Assembly (NCBI GenBank): GCA_047284725.1
Contig: JBJBEO010000001.1
Coordinates: 2,517,550-2,581,549 of the forward strand
Reading direction: 5' to 3'
DNA: 64,000 nt
Origin: Synechococcus sp.
GTDB taxonomy: Bacteria; Cyanobacteriota; Cyanobacteriia; PCC-6307; Cyanobiaceae
Numbering within the stretch: the stretch's first letter is position 1; each line of letters opens with the position of its first letter. A model generated the notes under the pieces. The model saw nothing but the letters and a program-made list of their open reading frames with translations, made no database searches and was not told where the DNA came from. Positions 11,519 through 20,332 of this stretch are shown piece after piece. The translations under genes were made by a program, and so were the position numbers.

Positions 11519-13139
11519 GGGCATCCTGCCGGTGCTCAAGCAGTCGTTCTCGGCTGAGGGGGCCATCGAGATGGTCCCAGGGCAGCGCTGCCGATGGGTT
11601 CCAGGCGTCGTGCACGACGCTGTCCCAGCTCGGTGGGAGCGGCAGGCTCACACCGGCGCTGCGCGCATCGGGCAACTCACCGGCGCGGGCCGCCCGGTAG
11701 GCCTTTTTCCACCCCCCCAGGCTGTCCTGGGAGCCGCGGACCGCTGCGATCACGGGAGCCAGTCGCCTGTCGCTGCGGGAGAGCAGGGCCTGGATCACAC
11801 TCCAGCCATAGCTTTCCGGTCGCAGGTCGATGCCTTTGGGCTTGAGCCGTTTGGCCAGCAGCTTCAGTCGTTTCTCCGCCTCCGGTCTGACGCCTTGCCA
11901 CTGGAACGGGGTGTGGGCCTTGGGCACAAAGGTGCTCACCCCAAGGGTGAAACGCAGGCCTGGTGTGGCTTTCTTGAGGTGCAGCAGCAGGGCGGCGGTG
12001 GTTTCGACGTCGTCGTCGTTTTCGCAGGGCAGCCCCACCATTCCGTAGAGCTTCAGCGCTTTCAGACCCCCTTGTTTGGCATGGCTGGCGGCTGCTTCGA
12101 TCTCCTCTCCGCTCAGCTTCTTGTTCACCACTCGGCGCATCCGCTCGCTGCCGCTTTCAATCGCGATCGTGAGGGATTTGCTGCCCCGGGCGGCCAGCAC
12201 GGCGGCCAGCTCTGGGGTAACGGTGGCGGCCCGCACGGAGCTGACGCTGACGCGCAGGTCATCAAACCGGTCGTGGCCCAGCCAACGCAGCAGGTCGTTG
12301 AACTGGGGGTGCTGGGTCACGGAGGCCCCGAGCAGGCCCAGGCGTTTGGTGGCCGTCAGCCCTTTCTCCACGGCCGGGATGAGGCCGTCGTCGAGCGATG
12401 GGGTGCGGAACGGCAGGGTGAGGTAGCTGGCCAGACAGAAGCGGCAGAGTTCCGGGCAGCTGCGCACCACCTCCACCATGTGGATGTCGGGCCAGGCGGC
12501 GTCGGGGGTGATCACGGTGGAGTGGCTGAGGCTGTTGCCCCGCCAGGTCTGTTTCGCGATCCGAGCTGGCAGGGCCGGATCCACCGGCTCCACCCCCAGC
12601 AGCGTTCCTCCGGCGTCGTACCGGGGGGCGTGCAGGTCGGGCACGTAGAGGCCTGGCACCTGGGCCAGATGGGTCAGGCGCTCCTGGCGTGGTCGGTCCT
12701 TCACGGCCTGGAGGGCGTCGATGAAGGCCGGCAGCAGATCCTCGCCATCCCCCAGCAGCACCACATCGAAGAACGGCGCCAGTGGTTCGGGGTTGGCGGT
12801 GAGCACGGGTCCGCCGCCGAACACGATCGGGTGCTCGTCGGTGCGCTCGTGGCTCCAGATCGGAATGCGCTGCTGGTCCAGCAGATCGAGCAGCACGGGG
12901 CCGTCCAGTTCCCAGCTCAGGGAGAGGCCGAACAGATCGCACGACCGATGCGGCGGGTCGCTCTGGTCGGTGAACAGACGGCGCACGTCGAGATCCGGGC
13001 GCATCGCCAGGGTGGCCCAGACGAGTTGGTAGCCAAGGCTGGTGATGCCAACGGTGTAGGTGCTGGGAAACGCCAGCACCGTGCGCAGGGCACCGGGCTC
13101 CGGCACAGCCGGATCAAACAGCAGGGTTTCGTTGTTCAG
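11505..13139 (-). CDS. Radical SAM protein, B12-binding-domain type (probable CTG start)
   Basis: CPELCRFC motif, AFPSTYTVGITSLGYQ and FVPKAHTPFQW; frame extends to CTG 13139, which overlaps the ClC stop. Confidence 0.85.
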   Translation of the reverse strand: MNNETLLFDPAVPEPGALRTVLAFPSTYTVGITSLGYQLVWATLAMRPDLDVRRLFTDQSDPPHRSCDLFGLSLSWELDGPVLLDLLDQQRIPIWSHERTDEHPIVFGGGPVLTANPEPLAPFFDVVLLGDGEDLLPAFIDALQAVKDRPRQERLTHLAQVPGLYVPDLHAPRYDAGGTLLGVEPVDPALPARIAKQTWRGNSLSHSTVITPDAAWPDIHMVEVVRSCPELCRFCLASYLTLPFRTPSLDDGLIPAVEKGLTATKRLGLLGASVTQHPQFNDLLRWLGHDRFDDLRVSVSSVRAATVTPELAAVLAARGSKSLTIAIESGSERMRRVVNKKLSGEEIEAAASHAKQGGLKALKLYGMVGLPCENDDDVETTAALLLHLKKATPGLRFTLGVSTFVPKAHTPFQWQGVRPEAEKRLKLLAKRLKPKGIDLRPESYGWSVIQALLSRSDRRLAPVIAAVRGSQDSLGGWKKAYRAARAGELPDARSAGVSLPLPPSWDSVVHDAWNPSAALPWDHLDGPLSRERLLEHRQDALSQG

Positions 13140-14680
13140 AGACTGTCTCGCGTCGGTGGGGTGTCGGGTAGTGGGGTGTCGGGCCGTGGGGCGTCGGGAG
13201 GTGAGGCGCTGGGGGGTGTGGGTTTGGGGGGAGGCGGTGGCGTGAAGGCCCGCCGCCGCACCGATCCCATCCAGGCGTGGTGAATGCCGCCTCGGCGCTC
13301 CCGCTTGGCTTCGAGGCGGTCTTCGTCCGCCAGCTCCATGCCCAGCTGACGTTCGTAGATCGAGCGTTCATCAAACAACCGGGCCACCAGGAAGCTGGCC
13401 AGGCAGGCCACCAGGATCGGCTTGAGGATGAGCAGATCCTTCGTGAGCGCAAAGGCCAGGAACATGGCCGTGATCGGTGTGCGTGAGCAGCTGGCCACAA
13501 AGGCCCCCATGCCGGCGAACACGTAGGTGCTGGGCACATGGCCGGTGAGCGCCTCCACCCAGATGCCGCACGCCAGGCCAATGGCGCCCCCCAGGGTGAG
13601 CATCGGGAAGAACAGCCCCCCCGGTGCCCCGGATGCGGCCGCCAGCCCGGTGCTGAAGAACAGCACCACGAATGTGCCCAGGGCCATCGGGATGTCGACT
13701 TCGCGCGCGGCGATCAGATCCTTGAGGCCGTCGAGGTTGTGGAAGGCTTCGGGCAGGAAGGCGTACACGGCCCCCAGCACCCCGCCGCTGAGCACCATGC
13801 GCAGCACGAGGCGATCCCCAAACCAGGCATCACCTTTGCGCTGCATCGCCAGCACATAGCGGCAATAGAACTCCGCCAGCACCCCCACCACCATGCCCAG
13901 GGCGATCAGGTAGCCCAGGTCGATCGGCAGAAAACTGACCGAGGGGGTGTATTGCCGCTCCAGCTGGAACCCCTGGGTGGCATCGAGCCCCCCGGTGGCC
14001 GGACTGATGCCCACCAGGCCGAGCACATCGGCCCAGGCATCGGCCCAGAAGGTGGTGACGATCACCAGGAGCAGCACCACAGGCCTGGCCGAGTGCAGCA
14101 ATTCCTCTACCGCGTAGATGAAGCCACCGATCGGGGCGCTGAACACGGCGGCGATGCCGGCACCGCCGCCCGCGGCCACGATCACGCGACGGAAGGCCAC
14201 CGGTGCCTTGAGCCAGCGGGCCATCTGCCAGGCCACCGATCCGCCCATCTGCACCGCCGGGCCCTCAGGACCCAGGGGAAAGCCACTGCCGATGGCCACG
14301 ATGCCGGCCACCAGTTTCACCAGGCCCACCTGCAGGCCCATCGGCACCGCCCGGTGTTTGAGGAATCCCATGATGTGGGTGATGCCGGAGCCGCCGGCCG
14401 CCGGTGCCAGCCGTGACACCAGCAGCCCTGAGATCAGACCGCCGCCTGCCCCCAGGCTGGGCAGCACGGCCCAGGCGGGAAACTCCGCCAGTAAGTCGAG
14501 TCGCCAGCCCCCCAGCAGTTTCAGACCCGCCTTGAACAGCACGCCGGTGAGCGCCGCCCCCAGGCCGGTGAACATCAGGGCGAGAACCACCACCCACCAG
14601 CGCCGCTCCAGCAGACGGCGGATGCTGCGGCTGGAGCCGAGCTGATGGCGGCGTTGTTTCAGTTCGCTGAGGACGACCAT
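13136..14680 (-). CDS. ClC family H+/Cl- transporter with Pro-rich tail
   Basis: GSGIT, GPEGP (gating Glu), AVEEL, GGLFFP and SIYE. Confidence 0.9.
   Translation of the reverse strand: MVVLSELKQRRHQLGSSRSIRRLLERRWWVVVLALMFTGLGAALTGVLFKAGLKLLGGWRLDLLAEFPAWAVLPSLGAGGGLISGLLVSRLAPAAGGSGITHIMGFLKHRAVPMGLQVGLVKLVAGIVAIGSGFPLGPEGPAVQMGGSVAWQMARWLKAPVAFRRVIVAAGGGAGIAAVFSAPIGGFIYAVEELLHSARPVVLLLVIVTTFWADAWADVLGLVGISPATGGLDATQGFQLERQYTPSVSFLPIDLGYLIALGMVVGVLAEFYCRYVLAMQRKGDAWFGDRLVLRMVLSGGVLGAVYAFLPEAFHNLDGLKDLIAAREVDIPMALGTFVVLFFSTGLAAASGAPGGLFFPMLTLGGAIGLACGIWVEALTGHVPSTYVFAGMGAFVASCSRTPITAMFLAFALTKDLLILKPILVACLASFLVARLFDERSIYERQLGMELADEDRLEAKRERRGGIHHAWMGSVRRRAFTPPPPPKPTPPSASPPDAPRPDTPLPDTPPTRDSL
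13156..13230 (+). repeat. 15-bp G-rich tandem repeat (3 good and 2 degenerate copies)
   Basis: GTGGGGTGTCGGGTA / GTGGGGTGTCGGGCC / GTGGGGCGTCGGGAG / GTGAGGCGCTGGGGG / GTGTGGGTTTGGGGG. Confidence 0.8.
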
Positions 14681-14714
14681 AGGTTGAGCTCGACCACGCA
14701 GGGCCGGTGGGGAA

Positions 14715-17315
14715 TCAGGCCCCCGCCAGCACTTTCGCTTCGTCGTCGGCGCTCACGACCCGGCCCTCGTCCTCGAAGCCGGAGATCTGGTCGAAGTTCA
14801 GATAGCGGTACAGCTCATCGGAGAGGGGATCGATTTTCGCGGCGGCAATGCTGCGGTACTCATCCGCGGTGGGGATCCGGCCCAGTTGGGCACACACGGC
14901 GGCCAGTTCGGCGCTTCCCAGATACACCTGGGCCCCTTTGCCGAGGCGGTTGTTGAAGTTGCGGGTGCTGGTGGAGAACACCGTGGTGTTGTCGTCGACG
15001 CGAGCCTGATTGCCCATGCAAAGCGAGCAACCGGGCATCTCCATCCGGGAGCCGGCGGCCTCGAAGGTGGCGTAATAGCCCTCCTGCTTGAGCATGTCCT
15101 CATCCATGCGCGTGGGGGGGCAGACCCACAACCTCGCCTTGTTCTCACCAGCCCCTTCCAGGACTTTGGCGGCGGCACGGTAGTGGCCGATGTTGGTCAT
15201 GCAGGAGCCGATGAACACTTCCTGCACCGGGTCGCCAGACACCTCGCTCAGCAGCTTGACGTTGTCGGGATCGTTGGGGCAGGCCACCACGGGTTCGGTG
15301 AGCTCATCCAGGTTGATCTCCAGCACCTCGGCGTATTCGGCGTCGCTGTCGGCGCTGAGCAGCTGAGGGTTGGCCAACCAGGCCTCCATCGCCTTGATCC
15401 GACGGGCGAGGGTGCGGGCGTCGCTGTAGCCCCGGGCGATCATGTTCTTGAGCAGGGCCACGTTGCTGCGCAGGTATTCGCTCACGGTGTCTTCCGAGAG
15501 CTTGATCGTGCAGCCCGCACAGGAGCGCTCGGCGCTGGCATCGGTGAGTTCGAAGGCCTGTTCCAGCTTCAGGTCGGGGAGACCTTCGATCTCCATGATC
15601 CGGCCGTTGAAGAGGTTCTTCTTGTTGGCCTTCTCCACGGTGAGCAGCCCGCGCTGGATGGCGACCCAGGGGATGGCATTCACCACATCGCGCAGGGTGA
15701 CGCCCGGCTGCAGAGAGCCGCTGAAGCGCACCAGCACCGATTCCGGCATGTCGAGGGGCATGGCGCCGATGGCGGCGGCGAAGGCCACCACACCGGAGCC
15801 CCCCGGGAAGGAGATGCCGAGGGGGAAGCGGGTGTGGCTGTCACCACCGGTGCCCACCGTGTCGGGCAGCAGCATGCGGTTGAGCCAGCTGTGGATGATG
15901 CCGTCTCCGGGGCGGAGGGCCACACCGCCGCGCTGGGCGAAGAAGTCGGGCAGGTCTTTCTGGGTCTGCAGGTCGACCGGCTTGGGGTAGGCCGCCGTGT
16001 GGCAGAAGCTCTGCATCACCAGATCGGAGGAGAAGCCCAGGCAGGCCAGCTCCTTCATCTCATCGCGGGTCATCGGCCCGGTGGTGTCCTGGGAGCCCAC
16101 GGTGGTCATCAGAGGCTCGCAGCTGGTGCCGGGTCTGACTCCGGGCAGACCACAGGCTTTGCCCACCATCTTCTGGGCCAGGGTGAAGCCCTTGCCGGTG
16201 TCGGCCGGAGCGGACGGACGGATGAACAGATCGGAGGCGGGCAACCCCAGCTGATTGCGCACCTTGTCGGTGAGGGCACGGCCGATCATCAGGGGGATGC
16301 GGCCACCGGCGCGCACTTCGTCGCTGATGGTGCTCGGTTTCAACGCAAACCGCGCCACGATCTCGCCGGCCGCGGCTTCACCAGCCGCGCGTTCAATCGT
16401 GCCGGCATGGGGGCGGATCGTGATCACATCACCCGTGTTGAGCTGGGTGACATCGCATTCGATCGGCAGGGCGCCGGAGTCTTCGGCGGTGTTGAAAAAG
16501 ATGGGGGCGATCTTGCCGCCCAGAATCACGCCGCCAGCACGCTTGTTGGGCACGTGGGGAATGTCGTTGCCCGTGTGCCACAGCACTGAGTTGATCGCTG
16601 ATTTACGGGAACTCCCCGTTCCGACCACATCGCCCACATAGGCCACGGGGTGACCTTTCTGTTTGAGCGCAGCCAGGGTGGTCAGTCCTTCCGGGTCACG
16701 GGTCTCCAGCATCGCCAGAGCGTGCAGGGGGATGTCCGGCCGGGTGGTGGCGTGGGTGGCAGGGGACAGATCGTCTGTGTTGGTCTCTCCATCCACCTTG
16801 AACACGGTGACGGTGATCTCCTTGGCCAGTTCGGGCTTGCTGGTGAACCATTCACCGGCTGCCCAGCTGTCGACCACCTGTTGAGCGAAGCGGTTGCTGG
16901 CGGCCAGCTCCATCACTTCGTTGTAGGCGTCGTAGACGAGCAGGGTGCGGCTCAGGCCTTCGGCGGCACAACCGGCCAGGGCGGAATCGCTGTGCTGCAG
17001 CAGCTCGATCAGGGCTGCGACGTTGTAGCCGCCCACCATGGTTCCGAGCAGACGAACGGCGTCGAGGGGTGACACCAGGGGGCTGCTGGCCGTGCCCTGG
17101 GCGACGGCGCTGAGCCAGGTGGCTTTGACGTAGGCGGCTTCGTCCACACCAGGGGGAATCCGTTCACTGAGCAGATGCAGCAGCTCCTGTTCCTCGCCAG
17201 CGGGAGGGGCTTGCAGCAGTTCGGTGAGTGCCTGGGTCTGTTCGGCAGTCAGCGGCAGGGGAGGGATCCCCTGGGCGGTCCGTTCAGCGGCGCTTGCGCG
17301 GTAGGCACTCAGCAT
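14715..17315 (-). CDS. acnB: Aconitate hydratase B
   Basis: [39 protein letters not shown] and [10 protein letters not shown]; start at MLSAYR. Confidence 0.97.
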   Translation of the reverse strand: MLSAYRASAAERTAQGIPPLPLTAEQTQALTELLQAPPAGEEQELLHLLSERIPPGVDEAAYVKATWLSAVAQGTASSPLVSPLDAVRLLGTMVGGYNVAALIELLQHSDSALAGCAAEGLSRTLLVYDAYNEVMELAASNRFAQQVVDSWAAGEWFTSKPELAKEITVTVFKVDGETNTDDLSPATHATTRPDIPLHALAMLETRDPEGLTTLAALKQKGHPVAYVGDVVGTGSSRKSAINSVLWHTGNDIPHVPNKRAGGVILGGKIAPIFFNTAEDSGALPIECDVTQLNTGDVITIRPHAGTIERAAGEAAAGEIVARFALKPSTISDEVRAGGRIPLMIGRALTDKVRNQLGLPASDLFIRPSAPADTGKGFTLAQKMVGKACGLPGVRPGTSCEPLMTTVGSQDTTGPMTRDEMKELACLGFSSDLVMQSFCHTAAYPKPVDLQTQKDLPDFFAQRGGVALRPGDGIIHSWLNRMLLPDTVGTGGDSHTRFPLGISFPGGSGVVAFAAAIGAMPLDMPESVLVRFSGSLQPGVTLRDVVNAIPWVAIQRGLLTVEKANKKNLFNGRIMEIEGLPDLKLEQAFELTDASAERSCAGCTIKLSEDTVSEYLRSNVALLKNMIARGYSDARTLARRIKAMEAWLANPQLLSADSDAEYAEVLEINLDELTEPVVACPNDPDNVKLLSEVSGDPVQEVFIGSCMTNIGHYRAAAKVLEGAGENKARLWVCPPTRMDEDMLKQEGYYATFEAAGSRMEMPGCSLCMGNQARVDDNTTVFSTSTRNFNNRLGKGAQVYLGSAELAAVCAQLGRIPTADEYRSIAAAKIDPLSDELYRYLNFDQISGFEDEGRVVSADDEAKVLAGA

Positions 17316-17430
17316 CGGGATGGGTCCTCGGACAGTGGTCGTTGCATCCATTCTTCTTCCTGACGGGTCCGCTCCTGGTGATGAATGCATCCAGAGGCAT
17401 ACGTAACCTGGGATTTTCTCGGCCAGGGGT

Positions 17431-18492
17431 ATGACCACCACTTCCGATCTCCATGTGGTGGACACCCGCCCTTTGCTGGCTCCTCAACTGCTCCACGGCG
17501 ATCTTCCCCTGGAAGTCGGCGCTGCCCAGACGGTGTCGGATGCCCGCCTGCGCATCCAGGACATTCTCAGTGGGGATGACCGTCGACTGCTGGTGATCGT
17601 CGGGCCGTGTTCGGTCCACGACGTGGATGCCGCGCGGGAGTACGCCCGACGGCTGGCCCCCCTGAGGGACCGTCACCGTGGGGAGCTGGAAGTGGTGATG
17701 CGGGTGTATTTCGAGAAGCCACGCACCACCGTTGGTTGGAAGGGCCTGATCAATGACCCCCATCTCGATGGTTCGTACGACATCAACACCGGACTGCGTC
17801 TGTCGAGGGGGTTGCTGCTCGATCTGGCCCGGGAGGGGATGCCCACCGCCACGGAATTGCTGGATCCCGTGGTGCCCCAGTACATCGCTGATCTGATCAG
17901 CTGGACCGCCATCGGTGCCCGCACCACCGAGAGCCAGACCCACCGCGAGATGGCGTCCGGCCTGTCGATGCCGATCGGCTACAAGAACAGCACCGATGGC
18001 AGTGCCACCATCGCCATCAATGCGATGCAGGCTGCGTCGAAGCCGCACCATTTTCTTGGGATCAATCAGGGCGGTCAGGCGTCGATCGTGAGCACCACTG
18101 GCAATCCCTATGGCCATCTGGTGCTGCGGGGTGGCAACAGGGGCACGAACTATCACCCGGAAGCGATTGCCTCGGCCGCGGCTGAGCTCAGCAAGGCCGG
18201 TCTGCCGGATCGTCTGATGGTGGATTGCAGCCATGGCAATTCCAACAAGGACTATCGCCGTCAACGTGAGGTGCTGCAGGCCATTGCCGACCAGGTGCGC
18301 CAGGGGTCAACGCATGTGATGGGGGTGATGCTCGAGAGCCATCTGGTGGAAGGCAATCAGAAGCTCAGTGCTGACCGCACAGCGATGACCTATGGCCAGA
18401 GCGTGACCGATGCCTGCATCAGTTTCGACACCACGGCGGATCTGTTGGATCAGCTGGCGGCGGCGGTGGCCGCCTCGCGCACTGCCGCATGA
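17431..18492 (+). CDS. aroG: DAHP synthase, class I (AroF/G/H type)
   Basis: [32 protein letters not shown] and DCSHGNS. Confidence 0.93.
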   Translation: MTTTSDLHVVDTRPLLAPQLLHGDLPLEVGAAQTVSDARLRIQDILSGDDRRLLVIVGPCSVHDVDAAREYARRLAPLRDRHRGELEVVMRVYFEKPRTTVGWKGLINDPHLDGSYDINTGLRLSRGLLLDLAREGMPTATELLDPVVPQYIADLISWTAIGARTTESQTHREMASGLSMPIGYKNSTDGSATIAINAMQAASKPHHFLGINQGGQASIVSTTGNPYGHLVLRGGNRGTNYHPEAIASAAAELSKAGLPDRLMVDCSHGNSNKDYRRQREVLQAIADQVRQGSTHVMGVMLESHLVEGNQKLSADRTAMTYGQSVTDACISFDTTADLLDQLAAAVAASRTAA

Positions 18493-18530
18493 GCTGGCAC
18501 TCTCGTCCTCCGAGTGCCAGCTTTGTTTTT
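18492..18530 (+). terminator. Intrinsic terminator after DAHP synthase
   Basis: AGCTGGCACTC-n9-GAGTGCCAGCT-TTGTTTTT. Confidence 0.85.
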
Positions 18531-18618
18531 AATTAGTGCCTCGATGTAAGGCTTGTTGTTGATTCGTTCGTGATGAACTTCGCCCGCGTTTGTGATCACT
18601 AAATTGTGCACAGAGCGC

Positions 18619-18954
18619 ATGGAGCCTTGGTTCTTGATGTTCCTCCATTTTTTTGGTTTTGCAGACTCACTGCGTCTGTTTGAGCTGGAGCAGACCACGG
18701 GGCTGTGCCTGCGCGGCTTTCGTCCCCTCCAGCTCGATGCGTTGCTGCTGTGGAGTCAAGGCGTGGCTGGGCAGCAGCATTGGGATCAAGAGGCTCTTCA
18801 GCAGCAGGTGATGCAGACCTGGATGGAGCGTGCTGATCAGATTGTTCGGTGGCAGGCAGGGCTGCAGCGTCTTCCCGATGACCAGGTGCTGGTGGCTGGC
18901 CTGGGAAGTCAGGGGGACTGGCGTCGCCATTGGGAGCGAATGCTGCGGAGTTAG
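18619..18954 (+). CDS. Hypothetical protein whose 3' end is duplicated downstream
   Basis: 111-aa ORF with host-like codon usage; ends in RHWERMLRS. Confidence 0.7.
   Translation: MEPWFLMFLHFFGFADSLRLFELEQTTGLCLRGFRPLQLDALLLWSQGVAGQQHWDQEALQQQVMQTWMERADQIVRWQAGLQRLPDDQVLVAGLGSQGDWRRHWERMLRS
18927..18950 (+). repeat. Direct repeat copy 1 (att-like)
   Basis: CCATTGGGAGCGAATGCTGCGGAG, identical to 20095-20118. Confidence 0.9.
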
Positions 18955-19051
18955 TTTGGGACTCGTTAAGAAGGTAGATACGGCCTTCAAGCGGCTCTCT
19001 GTTAAGGGTCTTGACCGCCAGGGTTGATAATCTCGCCGACGAGTTGGCATT

Positions 19052-19080
19052 AAAAAAGCCGGGAGGGACTCCCGGCTTTT
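19052..19080. terminator. Bidirectional intrinsic terminator
   Basis: AAAAAA-GCCGGGAG-GGA-CTCCCGGC-TTTT. Confidence 0.85.
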
Positions 19081-19101
19081 ACATCTAATCCTTATCAGTA
19101 A

Positions 19102-19362
19102 TCAAAGGATGACTGTGGGATTGCCAGGTGAAGAATTGTCTTCATTAACACCAAAGAGCGTGTCTCCAACGGAACCAATTTGATTGTCGAGAATGTCAAG
19201 AATGTTTCCAGTCCCTGAACCCATACCTGGAAACATCCCTTCAGCCGGGGCGAAAACGTCTGTGATTTGTTCCTTGATGCCTTCCGTTACGTCAGTGAAA
19301 AGCTCAAAATTTTCGCCGGTAATAGAGTCTGGAATGTTTGCTCGAAAATTGTCAGGGCGCAT
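19102..19362 (-). CDS. Small acidic ORFan protein (86 aa)
   Basis: MRPDNFRANIPDSITGENFELF...; directly followed by a terminator. Confidence 0.5.
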   Translation of the reverse strand: MRPDNFRANIPDSITGENFELFTDVTEGIKEQITDVFAPAEGMFPGMGSGTGNILDILDNQIGSVGDTLFGVNEDNSSPGNPTVIL

Positions 19363-19528
19363 TAAATATTGAAAAATCAATTTATATTTTCAGGCCCAAC
19401 AGGCTGGTGTCTGCTGATATTTTGCAAAGTAAATCGTGAGAATATCCTGATCTCTGCGCTGATCATGCTCCCGGAGTCGTCGGAAGTGCTTGGCGAGGCA
19501 TTGGCGTTACCTGAGCTACAAGCGACCC

Positions 19529-19816
19529 TTAGCCCTGAGCGACGACTGGGCCGAGCTCAACGTTGATGAGTACCAGTTCGAACTGTGGATGGGCTGCCAC
19601 CCAAGCCTTCGCGACCGTATTTGAGGCCTCGGCATGCTCTGGCGTATCAAACACACTCACCGACAGCATGCGGCGCCCCTCCTCATTGGGATCGATCCAC
19701 ATGTAAGAGACGTACCCGGGCAACCCTTGGATCTGAGGGACGAAGCTCTCCTGAATAGCCTGACTTAAAGCGTGCGGATCACCGGTCACCTCGTATTGAC
19801 GGATGGTGGCGTGCAT
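19529..19816 (-). CDS. ABM-like (dimeric alpha+beta barrel) small protein
   Basis: 95 aa; FVPQIQGLPGYVSY and SVSVFDTPEHAEASN..AKAWV pattern. Confidence 0.65.
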   Translation of the reverse strand: MHATIRQYEVTGDPHALSQAIQESFVPQIQGLPGYVSYMWIDPNEEGRRMLSVSVFDTPEHAEASNTVAKAWVAAHPQFELVLINVELGPVVAQG

Positions 19817-20094
19817 GTCGTCTGGGGGGAATGTCGGAGGTATAGCTGCCGTCAGGACAAGCCCAAAGCCTTAGGCCTGATCTCTTCCAAATCAAGCGTT
19901 AGGACGTGTCGTCATCGTTGTCGGAGCGAGAGCACCCCTTAAGCCATCGATAGGGCTGCACCGTCTGTCTGGCGGTGCAGCTTATGTTGGTTTGTGGTTA
20001 TCGCTCAGGTCTCTTGGTTGATGTTTGGGTTGATATTTTGCGTATCAACACTCGGCTAAAGCCGTTGCAATGACTGGGTTTTTGAGATCATAGC

Positions 20095-20118
20095 CCATTG
20101 GGAGCGAATGCTGCGGAG
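20095..20118 (+). repeat. Direct repeat copy 2 (att-like)
   Basis: Identical 24-mer, continuing CTAGTT versus TTAGTT in copy 1. Confidence 0.9.
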
Positions 20119-20332
20119 CTAGTTGGATCTCTCGTCATTCCCCTGCTTCAAAGGGCGCAGCGCGTCGACTGACCTGTCGAATCCCGTTGCATGCAATGCG
20201 TGATTCATCGCTGACTATTTTGATTGCGCTCTCAGACCACTCATCTGCTGCGTCCAAGTTCAAAGATTTGGTCAGCAAAGTCTGGCTGAAGAGCTGAAAT
20301 GGTATAAAATAGACAAAATAGATCAGTAAATC

